From assembly GCA_963696935.1 (NCBI GenBank), contig CAVOMB010000056.1, positions 3,331 through 67,330 on the forward strand: a stretch of 64,000 nt of DNA, written 5' to 3'. Of the stretch, positions 26,557-36,406 are shown in pieces; position 1 is the first letter of the stretch; every line of letters begins with the position of its first letter. The translations under genes were made by a program, and so were the position numbers. Source of the stretch: an uncultured Thermoleophilia bacterium (GTDB taxonomy: Bacteria > Actinomycetota > Thermoleophilia > UBA2241). The notes under the pieces were generated by a model that saw nothing but the letters and a program-made list of their open reading frames with translations, made no database searches and had not been told where the DNA came from.

Positions 26557-27373
26557 TCAGTCGCCGCCGGGGTACGTGTCGAACTTGATCTTGCCGCTGC
26601 TCCACAGGCGGAACGGTGGCGCGGCCATGACGTAGGTAGCCTTGCTGCTCTTGCAGAACACCGAGTACGTGTAGTTGGGGCCGCCGACCAGGTTGGAGAA
26701 CTTGACAGTCGGATACGTGGCGTTGGGGATCGCCCCCGGCGGTGAGTCGGGCAGCGGCGACGTGGTGGCGTTGGGGGTCACGTTGGTCTGCACGCGCCGG
26801 AGCGTGACCCCGGGCGACACCACGTACGAGTGGGTGTCGAAGTAGACGGTGAGCGTCAGGTTGGTCGGCTCCCCATCGGTGACCGAGTTGGTCGTGGCCG
26901 ACGGATCGCGGACGATTGGTGTGGGCGGACATGATGAACGCCGTGTCCGCCCTGCCGACCGTCACCTTGACGTACTTCTGCAGCGAAGTGGGCTCGGGCG
27001 TCGGGGTGACGTAGTAGTGCACGTTGTACGCCCCCGACTCACCGACCAAAGTGTAAGTGGGGCCGAACCGCCCGTCCCCGAACGGGTTGGCCGTCGGGCT
27101 TGGCGAGTAGTTGAGATTCTCCTCCGTGATGTCCGTGTAAGGGAGCAGACGGATCTGCTCGATGCGGTCCTGGGCGATGGTGTTGGAGTCCACACGTACC
27201 TCGTCCTCTGAGGTGCGGGAGAGCGCGTTCGCGAAGAACGGGACCATCGCGGTGAATACCACACCGGCGATGATGACCGTGACCAGAAGCTCGATGAGGC
27301 TGAAGCCGCGCGTCGACCCGGTGAGGGATGCCAAACGTTTTGCCGTCAGGAGACGGCTGTGTGGGGAGCGCAT
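26557..27373 (-). pseudogene. PilV-like prepilin (cassette C) interrupted by a 1-nt frameshift near 26915-26920
   Basis: ATG 27373 follows GGAGGT. ...GSTRG|FSLIELLVTVIIAGVVF...AQDRIEQIRLL... stays in frame up to ...FIMSAHT. The paralog-like C-domain (IVRDPSATTNSVTDGEPTNLTLTVYFD...KFDTYPGGD*) continues in another frame, ending at 26557. Confidence 0.65.
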
Positions 27374-27476
27374 GCGCTCACCTCCGCTGCCAGGCTATGG
27401 AGGCCCCCCTGAACACGTCCCCGTACCGGTGAAACGCGGCTCCACCCGCTGCCGGCGAGCCCGAGGCGTCAGGACC

Positions 27477-27494
27477 ATTGTAAAGATGAGTATA
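27477..27494 (-). promoter_or_regulatory. AT-rich -10-like hexamers (TATACT, TACAAT) in the 320-nt intergenic region upstream of cassette C
   Basis: These are the only AT-rich hexamers in an otherwise GC-rich spacer, about 100-120 nt upstream of ATG 27373. The -35 elements are poor, so this is tentative. Confidence 0.25.
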
Positions 27495-27692
27495 CCGCCC
27501 TATTCGGACGGGGCATGGTTCTTCATGAGCAACAGGTATTGCCTCGTCCGACAACGATACGTACTACATTAGACGGACGTTCCTTTCAGAACGCCCGGCC
27601 TGAGGCTGGGAACAGCAAATCGATAAGAAGCAACGCCCGGCGACAGCCACTCGAGCTTCGTCCCGGAACATCCGTCTAGAAGGGGTTGACGG

Positions 27693-30647
27693 CTATTTCT
27701 CCTGGAGGCGCTGCAGGTCCGTGAGGGCCCGCTGCAGCGCCTTGATGTGGTCGCCGTAGCCGGCGAAGTCGCCCGCCTTCAGGGCGGCCTGAGCCGCGTT
27801 GAACTCGGTGTTGGCGCGCGCGATGAGCGCGGCCGCCTGGGCGCTGACCGTGCCCGTGGCTCCGCCGGTCGTCCCGCCCGTGCCGGTGCCCCCGCCGCTC
27901 GTGCCGGTCCCGCCGCCGACGCCGGCCTGGCCCGGAAGGACCGCCTGACCGAACGCGGCCGTGAGCGCCTGCGCGAGCGTCGGCTCCATGGCCACGTACT
28001 GGTTGGCGTTGTTGCCGCTCTCGGCGGTGGCCGGCGCGCGGTAGAAGACGATCACGCGCTGGAGCTGCGGGATCTGGGTCTGGGTGGACTGCAGGTACAG
28101 GGGCTGCACGTACAGCAGTGAGTCTTCGATGGGGACCACGAGCAGGTTGCCCATGATCACCTGCGACCCCTGCTGGCCCCACAGCGTCCGCTGGGCACTG
28201 ATGTCCGGGTTCTGGTTGATGGCGGCTTCGACCTGGCTCGGCCCGTACACCAGCGAGCTCTTGGAGAAGAGATAGTTGAGCGACTTGCCGTACTGGGGTT
28301 CGTCGGAGCGAGCGCCCAACCAGCTGATCATGTTCTGTCGCGTGTTCGGTACGAACGGGAGGATCAGGACGAACTCCTCCTTGGGCGAGCCGGGCAGCTT
28401 CATCATCACGTAGTAGGGCGCCATGGGCCCGGAACCCGAGAGCGAGACGTTGGTCGGGATCGACCACTGGTCACCCTTGTTGTAGAGCACGTCCGGGTTG
28501 TCGACGTGGTACGTCGCGAAGACCTGGGTCTGGATGGTGAAGAGGTCCTCGGGGTAGCGCACGTGCGCGAGCAGCGCCTGCGGGACCTGGCTCTTGGGAG
28601 TGAACAGCGACGGGTAGGCGGCCTCGTAGGTCTTGAGGATGGGGTCGGTGGGGTCGAAAACGTAGAACTTCATCGTGCCGTTGTAGGCGTCGACGACGAC
28701 CTTGACCGAGTTGCGGATGTAGTTCACGCCGTCCTGCGGCGTCGAGTACGGGTAGCGGTCCGTGGTGGTGTAGGCGTCCTGCACCCACCACAGGCGACCG
28801 TCGGCGACGACCATGTAGGGATCCTGATCGAGCTGGAGGAACGGCGCCGCGGCGTGGATCCTCGTCGAGATGTCGTTGCGGATGATGATCCGGCTCTGGC
28901 TCTCGATCGCCGAGGTGAAGAAGAACTTGAGCGTGCCGTACTTCGCGGAAAATGCCAGGCGGTTGAGCAGCGGCGAGATGGGGATGCCGCCGCTGCCGGT
29001 GTACGTCGTGTACACGTCCGTGTTGTTGGCGCCCGGGTAGTCGAACTCCTTGTTGTTCGTCTTGACGAGGCTGTAGCCGGTGCCGCGCTCGCCGTAGTAG
29101 ATGCGCGGCTGCTTGATCTCCAGGCCCGGCGCGGTCACCGGCGGGATGTCCTGGATGAGGAAGTCCGGGGAGCCGTCCTTGGTCACCTGGTTCACGGCCG
29201 ACATCGCCACGCCGAAGCCGTGGGTGTAGGTGATGTGCTGGTTGACCCAGCTCTGGGACGACGTCGGGAGCCCCGCGATGTTGAGCTCGCGAGCCGAGAG
29301 CATCGTCTGCGTATACACGCCGTTGACCGTGTAGCGGTCCACGTCGGCGTCCAGGAACGCATAGTACGGCTGGAGCTCCTGTTGCTGCTTGTAGTTGGCG
29401 ACCAGCGTCTGGGGGTCCCACAGGCGGATGTTGTTCAGCGTCGCCTGGTTCGCGAGGAGCTTCTGCGGGGTGAGCGGCGTTTTGGGGTTCAGCGGGGTCT
29501 GGGTGATCTGGTCCAGGTTGTAGGCCAGTCTCGTCGCCGCGAGGTTGTTGGTGATGTAGGTGCGTTCCTTGGTGAGCTGGTTCGGGTTGACGATGATCGA
29601 CTGGTAGATCGCCGGCACGATGCCGCGCAGCAGGATGAGCGCGACGATCCAGACGGCGATGGTGACGGGCCACCACTGGTGTCGCCGCCAGATGTTCCAG
29701 ACCAGCACCGCGGCAAGCAGGAAGGCGATCGCCATGGTGACGTACATGAGCGGCAGCCGGATGTGCACGTCGGTGTAGCCGGCGCCGAAGACCGCGCCGG
29801 CGGTGGAATAGAGCAGCCTCCAGCCGCGGAAAAGCTGCCCGATGCCCACGACGAGGAAGATCGCCGCAAGGATGGCCGAGAGGTGAGCGACTGCGCGGCC
29901 GCCGAGTTTGATGTCGAACTGCGGCAACTGCGGCGCGGCGGCTTGCTGGGCGCGGGCGAAGGGCGAGGCCGGCCCGGCCTCGTCGTCTCCTGCGCCGCCG
30001 GCGCCCGCCGGCTTGCGTGCGTTCTGGGTGAGCTCGATGCCGCCCATCACCACGTGCATGATCGCGGCCAGCACGAGCGAGGCGATGAGGGCGGCGAGAA
30101 CGAAGCTCTGCAGTGACTGCCACATGGGCAGCGAGAACACGTAGAAGCCGACGTCGTGACCGAAGACCGCATCCTTCTCTCCGAACGGGGACTGCTTGAG
30201 GTAGAGCAGGAAGGTCTGCCACTGCGCGGAGCCCGAGACCCCGGCGAAGAAGGCGACCACGAGGCTCACGCCCAGGGCGCCCCAGCCCACCCAGCGGCGA
30301 ACGAGGTCGCTGCGCGGCTCGAGCAGGTCGCCGGTGGCGGTCACGCGGTAGCTCGGCGCGAGCCGGCGCGCGAGTTCCAAGTTGAACTCGACGATGACGA
30401 AGAAGAGCGCAAAGGCGACCACGCCCACCAGCACCTGCCACCAGAGGCGCGTCCAGAAGACGCCGCGGAAGCCGACCTCGCCGAACCACAGCCAGTCGAC
30501 GTAGAAGCCGAGGATGCGGCTGCCGAAGGCGAGCACGACGACCACTATCGCGATAATGATCGCGGTGATGATGCGGCGCCGCGACCGGCGGTCTCGCCGC
30601 GGCTTGGGTGGCTGCTTCTTAGGGCGGATCGGGCGCACGTTGTCCAT
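27693..30647 (-). CDS. UPF0182-family large polytopic membrane protein (985 aa)
   Basis: ATG 30647. N-terminal TM bundle with the family signature FYVDWLWFGEVGFRGVFWTRLW, a large extracytoplasmic domain, and a Gly/Thr-rich tail plus terminal helix. Confidence 0.8.
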   Translation of the reverse strand: MDNVRPIRPKKQPPKPRRDRRSRRRIITAIIIAIVVVVLAFGSRILGFYVDWLWFGEVGFRGVFWTRLWWQVLVGVVAFALFFVIVEFNLELARRLAPSYRVTATGDLLEPRSDLVRRWVGWGALGVSLVVAFFAGVSGSAQWQTFLLYLKQSPFGEKDAVFGHDVGFYVFSLPMWQSLQSFVLAALIASLVLAAIMHVVMGGIELTQNARKPAGAGGAGDDEAGPASPFARAQQAAAPQLPQFDIKLGGRAVAHLSAILAAIFLVVGIGQLFRGWRLLYSTAGAVFGAGYTDVHIRLPLMYVTMAIAFLLAAVLVWNIWRRHQWWPVTIAVWIVALILLRGIVPAIYQSIIVNPNQLTKERTYITNNLAATRLAYNLDQITQTPLNPKTPLTPQKLLANQATLNNIRLWDPQTLVANYKQQQELQPYYAFLDADVDRYTVNGVYTQTMLSARELNIAGLPTSSQSWVNQHITYTHGFGVAMSAVNQVTKDGSPDFLIQDIPPVTAPGLEIKQPRIYYGERGTGYSLVKTNNKEFDYPGANNTDVYTTYTGSGGIPISPLLNRLAFSAKYGTLKFFFTSAIESQSRIIIRNDISTRIHAAAPFLQLDQDPYMVVADGRLWWVQDAYTTTDRYPYSTPQDGVNYIRNSVKVVVDAYNGTMKFYVFDPTDPILKTYEAAYPSLFTPKSQVPQALLAHVRYPEDLFTIQTQVFATYHVDNPDVLYNKGDQWSIPTNVSLSGSGPMAPYYVMMKLPGSPKEEFVLILPFVPNTRQNMISWLGARSDEPQYGKSLNYLFSKSSLVYGPSQVEAAINQNPDISAQRTLWGQQGSQVIMGNLLVVPIEDSLLYVQPLYLQSTQTQIPQLQRVIVFYRAPATAESGNNANQYVAMEPTLAQALTAAFGQAVLPGQAGVGGGTGTSGGGTGTGGTTGGATGTVSAQAAALIARANTEFNAAQAALKAGDFAGYGDHIKALQRALTDLQRLQEK

Positions 30648-30708
30648 ACGCAGAGTATGGCAGATTTGCGCGCTCTCGCGGGCGATGACCGCAACGCCGG
30701 CGCAGAAG

Positions 30709-33700
30709 CTAGTTGTGGACCGCCTTGTCCGCGCGCAGCATCGCCGTGAAGCGCTGGACCATGCGCGGATCCAGCTCGTGCGAGGCGCGCCCGCGGAGAT
30801 CGGCGACGCTGTCGCCGTTGCGCGCGCCGGGGTCCCAGGCACGGCACACGGCGAAGGCGCGGGCCACGCGAGGTATGTCCGCCCCGCGCCGGCCCTCCGG
30901 GTAGCCTCCGCCGTCCCAGCGCTCGTTGCCGTACACGAGCGCCGCCACGGCGTTCTGGCGCACCTCGTTCGCAGCCGCGGCGGCGCTGCCGCCGCTGCCG
31001 AGGACCGCCTGGATACCGTCCTGGACCGCCGCGCCGGTCTCGTGCACGGCGAGGGCGGTGACGAGGCCGGCCGTCTCCGGCTCGCTCAACCCGATGAAGG
31101 CTGCGAACCGGCGGCCGGCGGCCGCCAGCTCACCCTCGAAGGAGGCCGTCGCGGTCGCGATGACGTCGCTGTAGAGACACACACGGTTGCGGCCGCCGGT
31201 CTTGGCGCGCAGCAGCGCGGCGTCGGCGGCCCCCAGCACCCCGTCCGCATCCTTCGCCGACTGGGGGTAGGCGGAGACGCCGATCGACATGGTCACGTGC
31301 AGGTCCGGGTGGCCCGGGTCCAGCCGCGCCACGGAGGCGCGGATGCGCTCGGCCAGCGTGGTGGCCTCCTCGAGCGTCGTCCGCGGCAGGATCATCGCGA
31401 ACTCCTCGCCGCCGTAGCGAGCGAGGTAGTCGGACTCGCGTGAGCAGCTGCGCAGCACGCCGGAGACCGCGCGCAGAACGTCGTCGCCCTTCTGGTGGCC
31501 GATGGTGTCGTTGACCGCCTTGAAGTGGTCGAGGTCCATCATCAACAGGCAGAAGTGCTCGCCGTACCGCCCGGCACGGCTGACCTCGGACTTGAGCGAC
31601 TCGTGGAAGTGCTTGTAGTTGTGGATGCCGGTGAGGCCGTCGCTGATGGCCTGCCGCTCCATCTCCTCGTACGTGCGCGCGTTCTGGATGGCGATGGCGG
31701 CCAGATTGGCGAACAGTGCGACCGGCTCGAGGTCTTCGGCGGAGAAGGTGCGACCACCAAGGCGGTCGAGGCACAGCACGCCGGTCACCTTGCCGAGGAC
31801 GCGCAGGGGCACGACGATACTGGCCTGCGGCACGTCCTCACTGGTGCCCGGGATGTGCACACCTCGAGGGTCGCGCGCCATGTCGTTGACCAGTTGCGCC
31901 TCGTCGTGGCGGACGACCCAGCCGGCGAGGCCCTCGTCTATGGAGATGCGGAACAGCTCGTTGAGCTCCGCGTTCTGGTCGCGCGAGTAGATGCACACCA
32001 GCTCGCGCGTCCCCTCGTCCAGTAGACGGATGTCCATGGCGTCGTAGTCGACGATCACCTTGAGCATCTCGGTGATCCGCACGAACACCTCGCGCTGGTC
32101 GAGCGTGCTGAGCAGCAGCGTGCTGACGGTCATGAGCTCGTGCTGGATGCCCAGCTGGCTCTCGAGCCTCGCCGATGTGGTCTCGAGCGCGTCGTACTGG
32201 CGTGCGTTGCGGATGGCCAGCGCCGCCAGGTTCGCGAACAGGCGCGCGGGCTCCAGCTCGCGCGCCTCGAACGTGCGGCCGCCCAGCCGGTCCATGGTCA
32301 TGATGCCGATGACCTCGTCCCCCACCGAGAGCGGCACCAGGATGCAGGCCTGCACCTCGTCCTGCTCCGTGCCGGGGATGTGGACCGCCCGCGGATCCGC
32401 AGCCATGTCGTTGATGAGCTGCGCCTCGTTGTGGCGCACCACCCAGCCGCTGATGCCGACGTCCATGGGGATGGCGAAGTCGATGATCTCCTGACCGTCG
32501 TTCTCGTCGCGAGCGTAGAGAGCGACGAGCTGCTCGTGCGCCTCGTCCACGAGGCGCACGTCCATGGCGTCGTAGTCGACGATCTGCTTGAGCGTGTCGG
32601 CGATGTGCTCCAGCACCTCCGTCTGCTCGAGCGAGGAGAGCACGGCCCCGCTGGCGCTCAGCAGCTCATGGCTCAGCGCGAGCTGCTCCGCCAGCTGACG
32701 GGATGCCTTGTCGGCATCCTCGTACTGGCGGGCGTTGTGGATCGCGATCGCCGCCAGGTTGGCGAACAGCGTGACCGGCTCCAGCTCGTGCTCGGCGAAG
32801 GTGCGCTCGCCCAGCCGGGCGAGCGCGAGCACCCCGAGCACCGTGTCGCCGAGGGCCAGCGGCGCGACGATGCTGGCCTGGGACTCCCACTCCGTGCCGG
32901 GCACCAGCGCCCCGCGCTCGTCGCGGAGCATGTCGTTGACCAGCTGTGCCTCGTTGTGCTGGACGACCCAGCCGCTGACCCCGACGTCCAGCGGGCTGCG
33001 CCAGGACCGCATCTGCTCGGCATCCTCATCCGCGGCGAAGCCGCAGTAGAGCTCCTGGGCCTCCTCGTCGACGAGCCTGACCTCCAACGCGTCGTAGTCG
33101 ACGATCTCCTTGAGCAGCGTCGCGATGCGGGCGAAGACCTCGCGCGGCTCGAGGGTCGCGAGGAGCGCGCCGCTGACATCGAGGATCGCGTGCTGTAGGG
33201 CCAGCTGGGCCTCGAGCGCCGCGGTGGCCTCCTCCAGCGCCTCGTACTGGCGCGCGTTCTCGATGGCGACGGCCGCATGCGTGGCGAAGACCTCGAGTGA
33301 CTTGACCAGCTCGAGCGTAGGCAATTGCCTGTCCGCGGGATCGAAGAGGTCCAGCACGCCCATGAGCTGGCGGTCCTTGTCGTAGAGCGGCACGAACAGG
33401 TCGTCGTTGCTGCTCCACTCGTCGGGCCCGCGCGGGCCGAGGTCCAGCTCCGGCAGGTAGTGGAGCTCCTCGTCCGTCCAGTCGTGGCGGCGATGGTCAA
33501 CGAAGAACGACGAACCAATCTGATGCTTCTCGAGGAAGAGCTGGTCCCAGATGCGCTTCGGCACCGGCCGCTCGAAGAGGAGGCTGTCGTACTCCGGGAA
33601 CTCACCGACGGTGGCATGGACGGCAAACAAGCCTGAGGGCTCGCGCAGGTACACGCTCGCCTCGCGGAACCCGAACGTCTCGCTCAGCGCCGTGGCGATG

Positions 33701-33819
33701 ACGTGGACGATGGCGTCGAGCGTGAGGCTCGACTGCAGCTGATTGGCCAGCCTGATGAGGCCACGCAGAAGCTCCACCTCACCGTGCTCGGCCTTGCGAT
33801 TCCTGGTGCGAAACGCCAT
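30709..33819 (-). CDS. Four-GAF-domain diguanylate cyclase (GGDEF, GGEEF active site with RxxD I-site) carrying a degenerate C-terminal HD-GYP-like region
   Basis: ATG 33819 follows GGGGGA. There is one divergent GAF and three closely related GAFs (repeated ...IVDYDA.D.RL.DE...GWVV.H.EAQL.NDM..DPR...PGT...). GGDEF motifs: LTGIHNYKHF, RESDYLARYGGEEF. The tail contains NERWDGGGYPEG, but the HD is replaced by HE and the HHE by GNE. Confidence 0.8.
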   Translation of the reverse strand: MAFRTRNRKAEHGEVELLRGLIRLANQLQSSLTLDAIVHVIATALSETFGFREASVYLREPSGLFAVHATVGEFPEYDSLLFERPVPKRIWDQLFLEKHQIGSSFFVDHRRHDWTDEELHYLPELDLGPRGPDEWSSNDDLFVPLYDKDRQLMGVLDLFDPADRQLPTLELVKSLEVFATHAAVAIENARQYEALEEATAALEAQLALQHAILDVSGALLATLEPREVFARIATLLKEIVDYDALEVRLVDEEAQELYCGFAADEDAEQMRSWRSPLDVGVSGWVVQHNEAQLVNDMLRDERGALVPGTEWESQASIVAPLALGDTVLGVLALARLGERTFAEHELEPVTLFANLAAIAIHNARQYEDADKASRQLAEQLALSHELLSASGAVLSSLEQTEVLEHIADTLKQIVDYDAMDVRLVDEAHEQLVALYARDENDGQEIIDFAIPMDVGISGWVVRHNEAQLINDMAADPRAVHIPGTEQDEVQACILVPLSVGDEVIGIMTMDRLGGRTFEARELEPARLFANLAALAIRNARQYDALETTSARLESQLGIQHELMTVSTLLLSTLDQREVFVRITEMLKVIVDYDAMDIRLLDEGTRELVCIYSRDQNAELNELFRISIDEGLAGWVVRHDEAQLVNDMARDPRGVHIPGTSEDVPQASIVVPLRVLGKVTGVLCLDRLGGRTFSAEDLEPVALFANLAAIAIQNARTYEEMERQAISDGLTGIHNYKHFHESLKSEVSRAGRYGEHFCLLMMDLDHFKAVNDTIGHQKGDDVLRAVSGVLRSCSRESDYLARYGGEEFAMILPRTTLEEATTLAERIRASVARLDPGHPDLHVTMSIGVSAYPQSAKDADGVLGAADAALLRAKTGGRNRVCLYSDVIATATASFEGELAAAGRRFAAFIGLSEPETAGLVTALAVHETGAAVQDGIQAVLGSGGSAAAAANEVRQNAVAALVYGNERWDGGGYPEGRRGADIPRVARAFAVCRAWDPGARNGDSVADLRGRASHELDPRMVQRFTAMLRADKAVHN

Positions 33820-33966
33820 CGTTCCCCCGCTGGCTTTCGGCCGGATCGAAGGGCGCCCACTAGTGTACGCCCCGTAACATGCCCGCGACACGGCCGACGC
33901 TCGCCTTGCCTACGTCACCCGTTTCGGCAGTCCCGGCGGATTGCTTGAGGGGAACAAGCGCCTATG

Positions 33967-34797
33967 TCAGCCCTCAGCGGACTCCCCGAGCTTGAGGATC
34001 TGCCGCGCCTCGTCCGGCGTCGCGCAGGGACGGTCCCACTCCTGCGCCACGCGCGCGACACGGCCGACGAGCTCCGCGTTCTCCTTCGCGAGCACGCCCT
34101 TGTGCAGGAAGATGTTGTCCTCGAAGCCGAGGCGGACGTTCCCGCCCAACGCGAGGGCCGTCATCGTCACCGGCATGTGCCAGCGGCCGATGCCGGTGCA
34201 GGTCCAAGTGGACCCCTCGGGGATGCGGTCCACCAGGAACATCAGGTTGCGCGGCTCGCCGCTCATGCTGCCCGGCACGCCCAGCACGAAGTCCCAGTGC
34301 AGCAGCGGGCCGGCCGGGCCGTACTTCTTGACCAGCTTGAGCGCGTTGTCGATCTGGCCAGCCTCGAAGATCTCGAACTCAGGCCGGACGCCCTTCTTCT
34401 GCATGCGCTGGTAGAACTCGCTCATCAGCGCCGAGTCGTTGAAGAAGACATCGTCGCCGAAGTTGGCCGTGCCCGTCGTGAGCGACGCCATCTCCGGGCC
34501 GAGCTCGAGCGGCTGCAGCCGCTCGTCGGCGGTCATGCCCATGGCGCCGCCGGTGCTCGTCTGGACGATGATGTCCGTGCGCTCGCGGATCGCCTCGATG
34601 GCCGCCGTGAAGACCTCGCGAGCCTGCGTCGGGTTCGCCTCGGCGTCGCGCACGTGCAGGTGGTACATCGCGGCGCCGGCCTCGCGGCAGCGCGCCGCGT
34701 CGGCGCCGATCTCGGCGGCCGTCACCGGCAGGCCGGGCTGCGCGTCCTTGGTGGTCTCGGCGCCGACGCCGGCCACCGTGATGATGAGCTTGTCCAT
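33967..34797 (-). CDS. kce: BKACE-family beta-keto acid cleavage enzyme (3-keto-5-aminohexanoate cleavage enzyme-like, DUF849)
   Basis: 276 aa. MDKLIITVAGVGAETTKD...YHLHVRD...IIVQTSTGG...EIFEAGQI...NVRLGFEDNIF, the TIM-barrel Zn-site pattern of Kce/BKACE. True substrate specificity is not determinable from the sequence. Confidence 0.75.
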   Translation of the reverse strand: MDKLIITVAGVGAETTKDAQPGLPVTAAEIGADAARCREAGAAMYHLHVRDAEANPTQAREVFTAAIEAIRERTDIIVQTSTGGAMGMTADERLQPLELGPEMASLTTGTANFGDDVFFNDSALMSEFYQRMQKKGVRPEFEIFEAGQIDNALKLVKKYGPAGPLLHWDFVLGVPGSMSGEPRNLMFLVDRIPEGSTWTCTGIGRWHMPVTMTALALGGNVRLGFEDNIFLHKGVLAKENAELVGRVARVAQEWDRPCATPDEARQILKLGESAEG

Positions 34798-34800
34798 CGT

Positions 34801-36069
34801 CTACCCCTCGTACGGGAACTGCTGGTGCACGAACGCCAGGCTCTCCTCCACGACCTCGAGCGCCCGGTCCAGATCGGCCTCGGTGTGGCGGTAGCAGATG
34901 TACCAGTGGTGGTACGGCTGCACGAAGAGCCCGCGGCGGATGCACTGCGTGTAGAACTCCGTCCGCCGCTCCTTGTACTTGTCGTCGGCGTGGTCGAAGG
35001 TCAGGAAGGGCATCGGCGGGATGCCGCTCTTCGTCACCGGCACGCCGGAGGCGTCGACGATCGCGCCGAGCTTGTCCAGGAACCGCGTGCCGCGCTCCCA
35101 GATCGTGTCCTGCACCTTCTCGCGCTCGAGGATCTCGAGGCACTTCATGCTGGCCGCCATCTCAAGGCTGTTGGGGAAGTAGGTGGAGCTGAGGAAGGCG
35201 TCCTTGACGTAGACGCTGAGGATCTCGCGCCTGCCCACCAGCGCGGCGATCGAGTAGCCGTTGGCCATCGCCTTGCCGACCGTGGTGATGTCGGGGGTGA
35301 CGCCGTAGCGCTCACTGGCGCCGCCCATGGCAACGCGGAAGCCGGTGCGGATCTCGTCGAAGCACACCGGCGTGTCGTTCTTGTGACAGAGGTCGACTAC
35401 CGCCTGCAGATAGCCGTCCGGCGGCGCGATGATGGGCAGGGCCATCGGGTGGCCGACCGGCGTGATGACGACGCCGCCGATCTCGCCCGGGTTCTCGGCG
35501 AACACGCGCTCGAGATGAGCGATGTCGCCGTACTCAAACTCCTTGGTCAGCTCGTACACGGCCTGCGGCACGCCGCCGTGGTGCTCCACGCACCAGTCGC
35601 CCCAGCCGTGGTAGCCGCAGCGGGCGATCTTGTCGCGACCGGTGTAGGCGCGCATGGCGCGGACGGCCGCGTTGGTCGCGTCCGAGCCGGTCTTGACCAG
35701 GATGGTCTGCTCGCCGCACGGCATGATGTCGGCAAGCCGCTCCTCGAGCTCGTTCTGGAGCGGCTGCACGAGGCTGAAACAGAAGCCCTTGTCCATCTGC
35801 GCCTTGGCGGCGTCGTTGATCTCGTCCTCGACGTAGCCGAGGATGATCGGCCCGTAGGCGCAGAGCATGTCGATGTACTCGTTGCCGTCCACGTCGACGA
35901 TGTGGCCGCCGTGGCCGTGGTCGATGAAGACGGGGTACTCGCCGACGACGAAGTTGTAGGGCCGGCGGATGCCGCCGACGCCGCCGGGTGTGAGCCGCTG
36001 GGCGTCCTCGAGCATGGCCATGGACTGGGTCAGGTTCAGCTTGGGGGCGCTATCGAGAGGCTTCGTCAT
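34801..36069 (-). CDS. Class-III PLP aminotransferase / GSA-aminomutase-like enzyme
   Basis: ATG 36069 follows AAAGGAG. Motifs: GPIILGY, TGSDATNAAVRAMRAYTG, CFDEIRTGFR, and the PLP lysine in TTVGKAMANGYSIAAL. Confidence 0.8.
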   Translation of the reverse strand: MTKPLDSAPKLNLTQSMAMLEDAQRLTPGGVGGIRRPYNFVVGEYPVFIDHGHGGHIVDVDGNEYIDMLCAYGPIILGYVEDEINDAAKAQMDKGFCFSLVQPLQNELEERLADIMPCGEQTILVKTGSDATNAAVRAMRAYTGRDKIARCGYHGWGDWCVEHHGGVPQAVYELTKEFEYGDIAHLERVFAENPGEIGGVVITPVGHPMALPIIAPPDGYLQAVVDLCHKNDTPVCFDEIRTGFRVAMGGASERYGVTPDITTVGKAMANGYSIAALVGRREILSVYVKDAFLSSTYFPNSLEMAASMKCLEILEREKVQDTIWERGTRFLDKLGAIVDASGVPVTKSGIPPMPFLTFDHADDKYKERRTEFYTQCIRRGLFVQPYHHWYICYRHTEADLDRALEVVEESLAFVHQQFPYEG

Positions 36070-36406
36070 GTGGGCTCCTTTCGGACCGAGAGGCGAGGTG
36101 GGCGGCGGCATGATTGGTGTGCGGTCCGCCCTCCTTGAAGTTCTGGCTGAGCGGTGACCGGCTCAGGGACAGGCAGTGACGGCCGGGCCTCACCCGGGGT
36201 CTGGCCAGAGGCGACTGTACATGAGAAGGATGGTCACGCGGAGGCTCCCTCCCGAGACTGCGGCCGGCGGCGAGGACCGCCTCCGGCCGATCCTGCGAGC
36301 GTATCGGATTCGCCGTGTCTTGGCATCCCACGCGCGTGCACGCGAGGGAGAGCGGCGCGGCCGTCGTCCGCCGGGATGTCCAGCAACGCGAGTCGTGACG
36401 GCGCCG

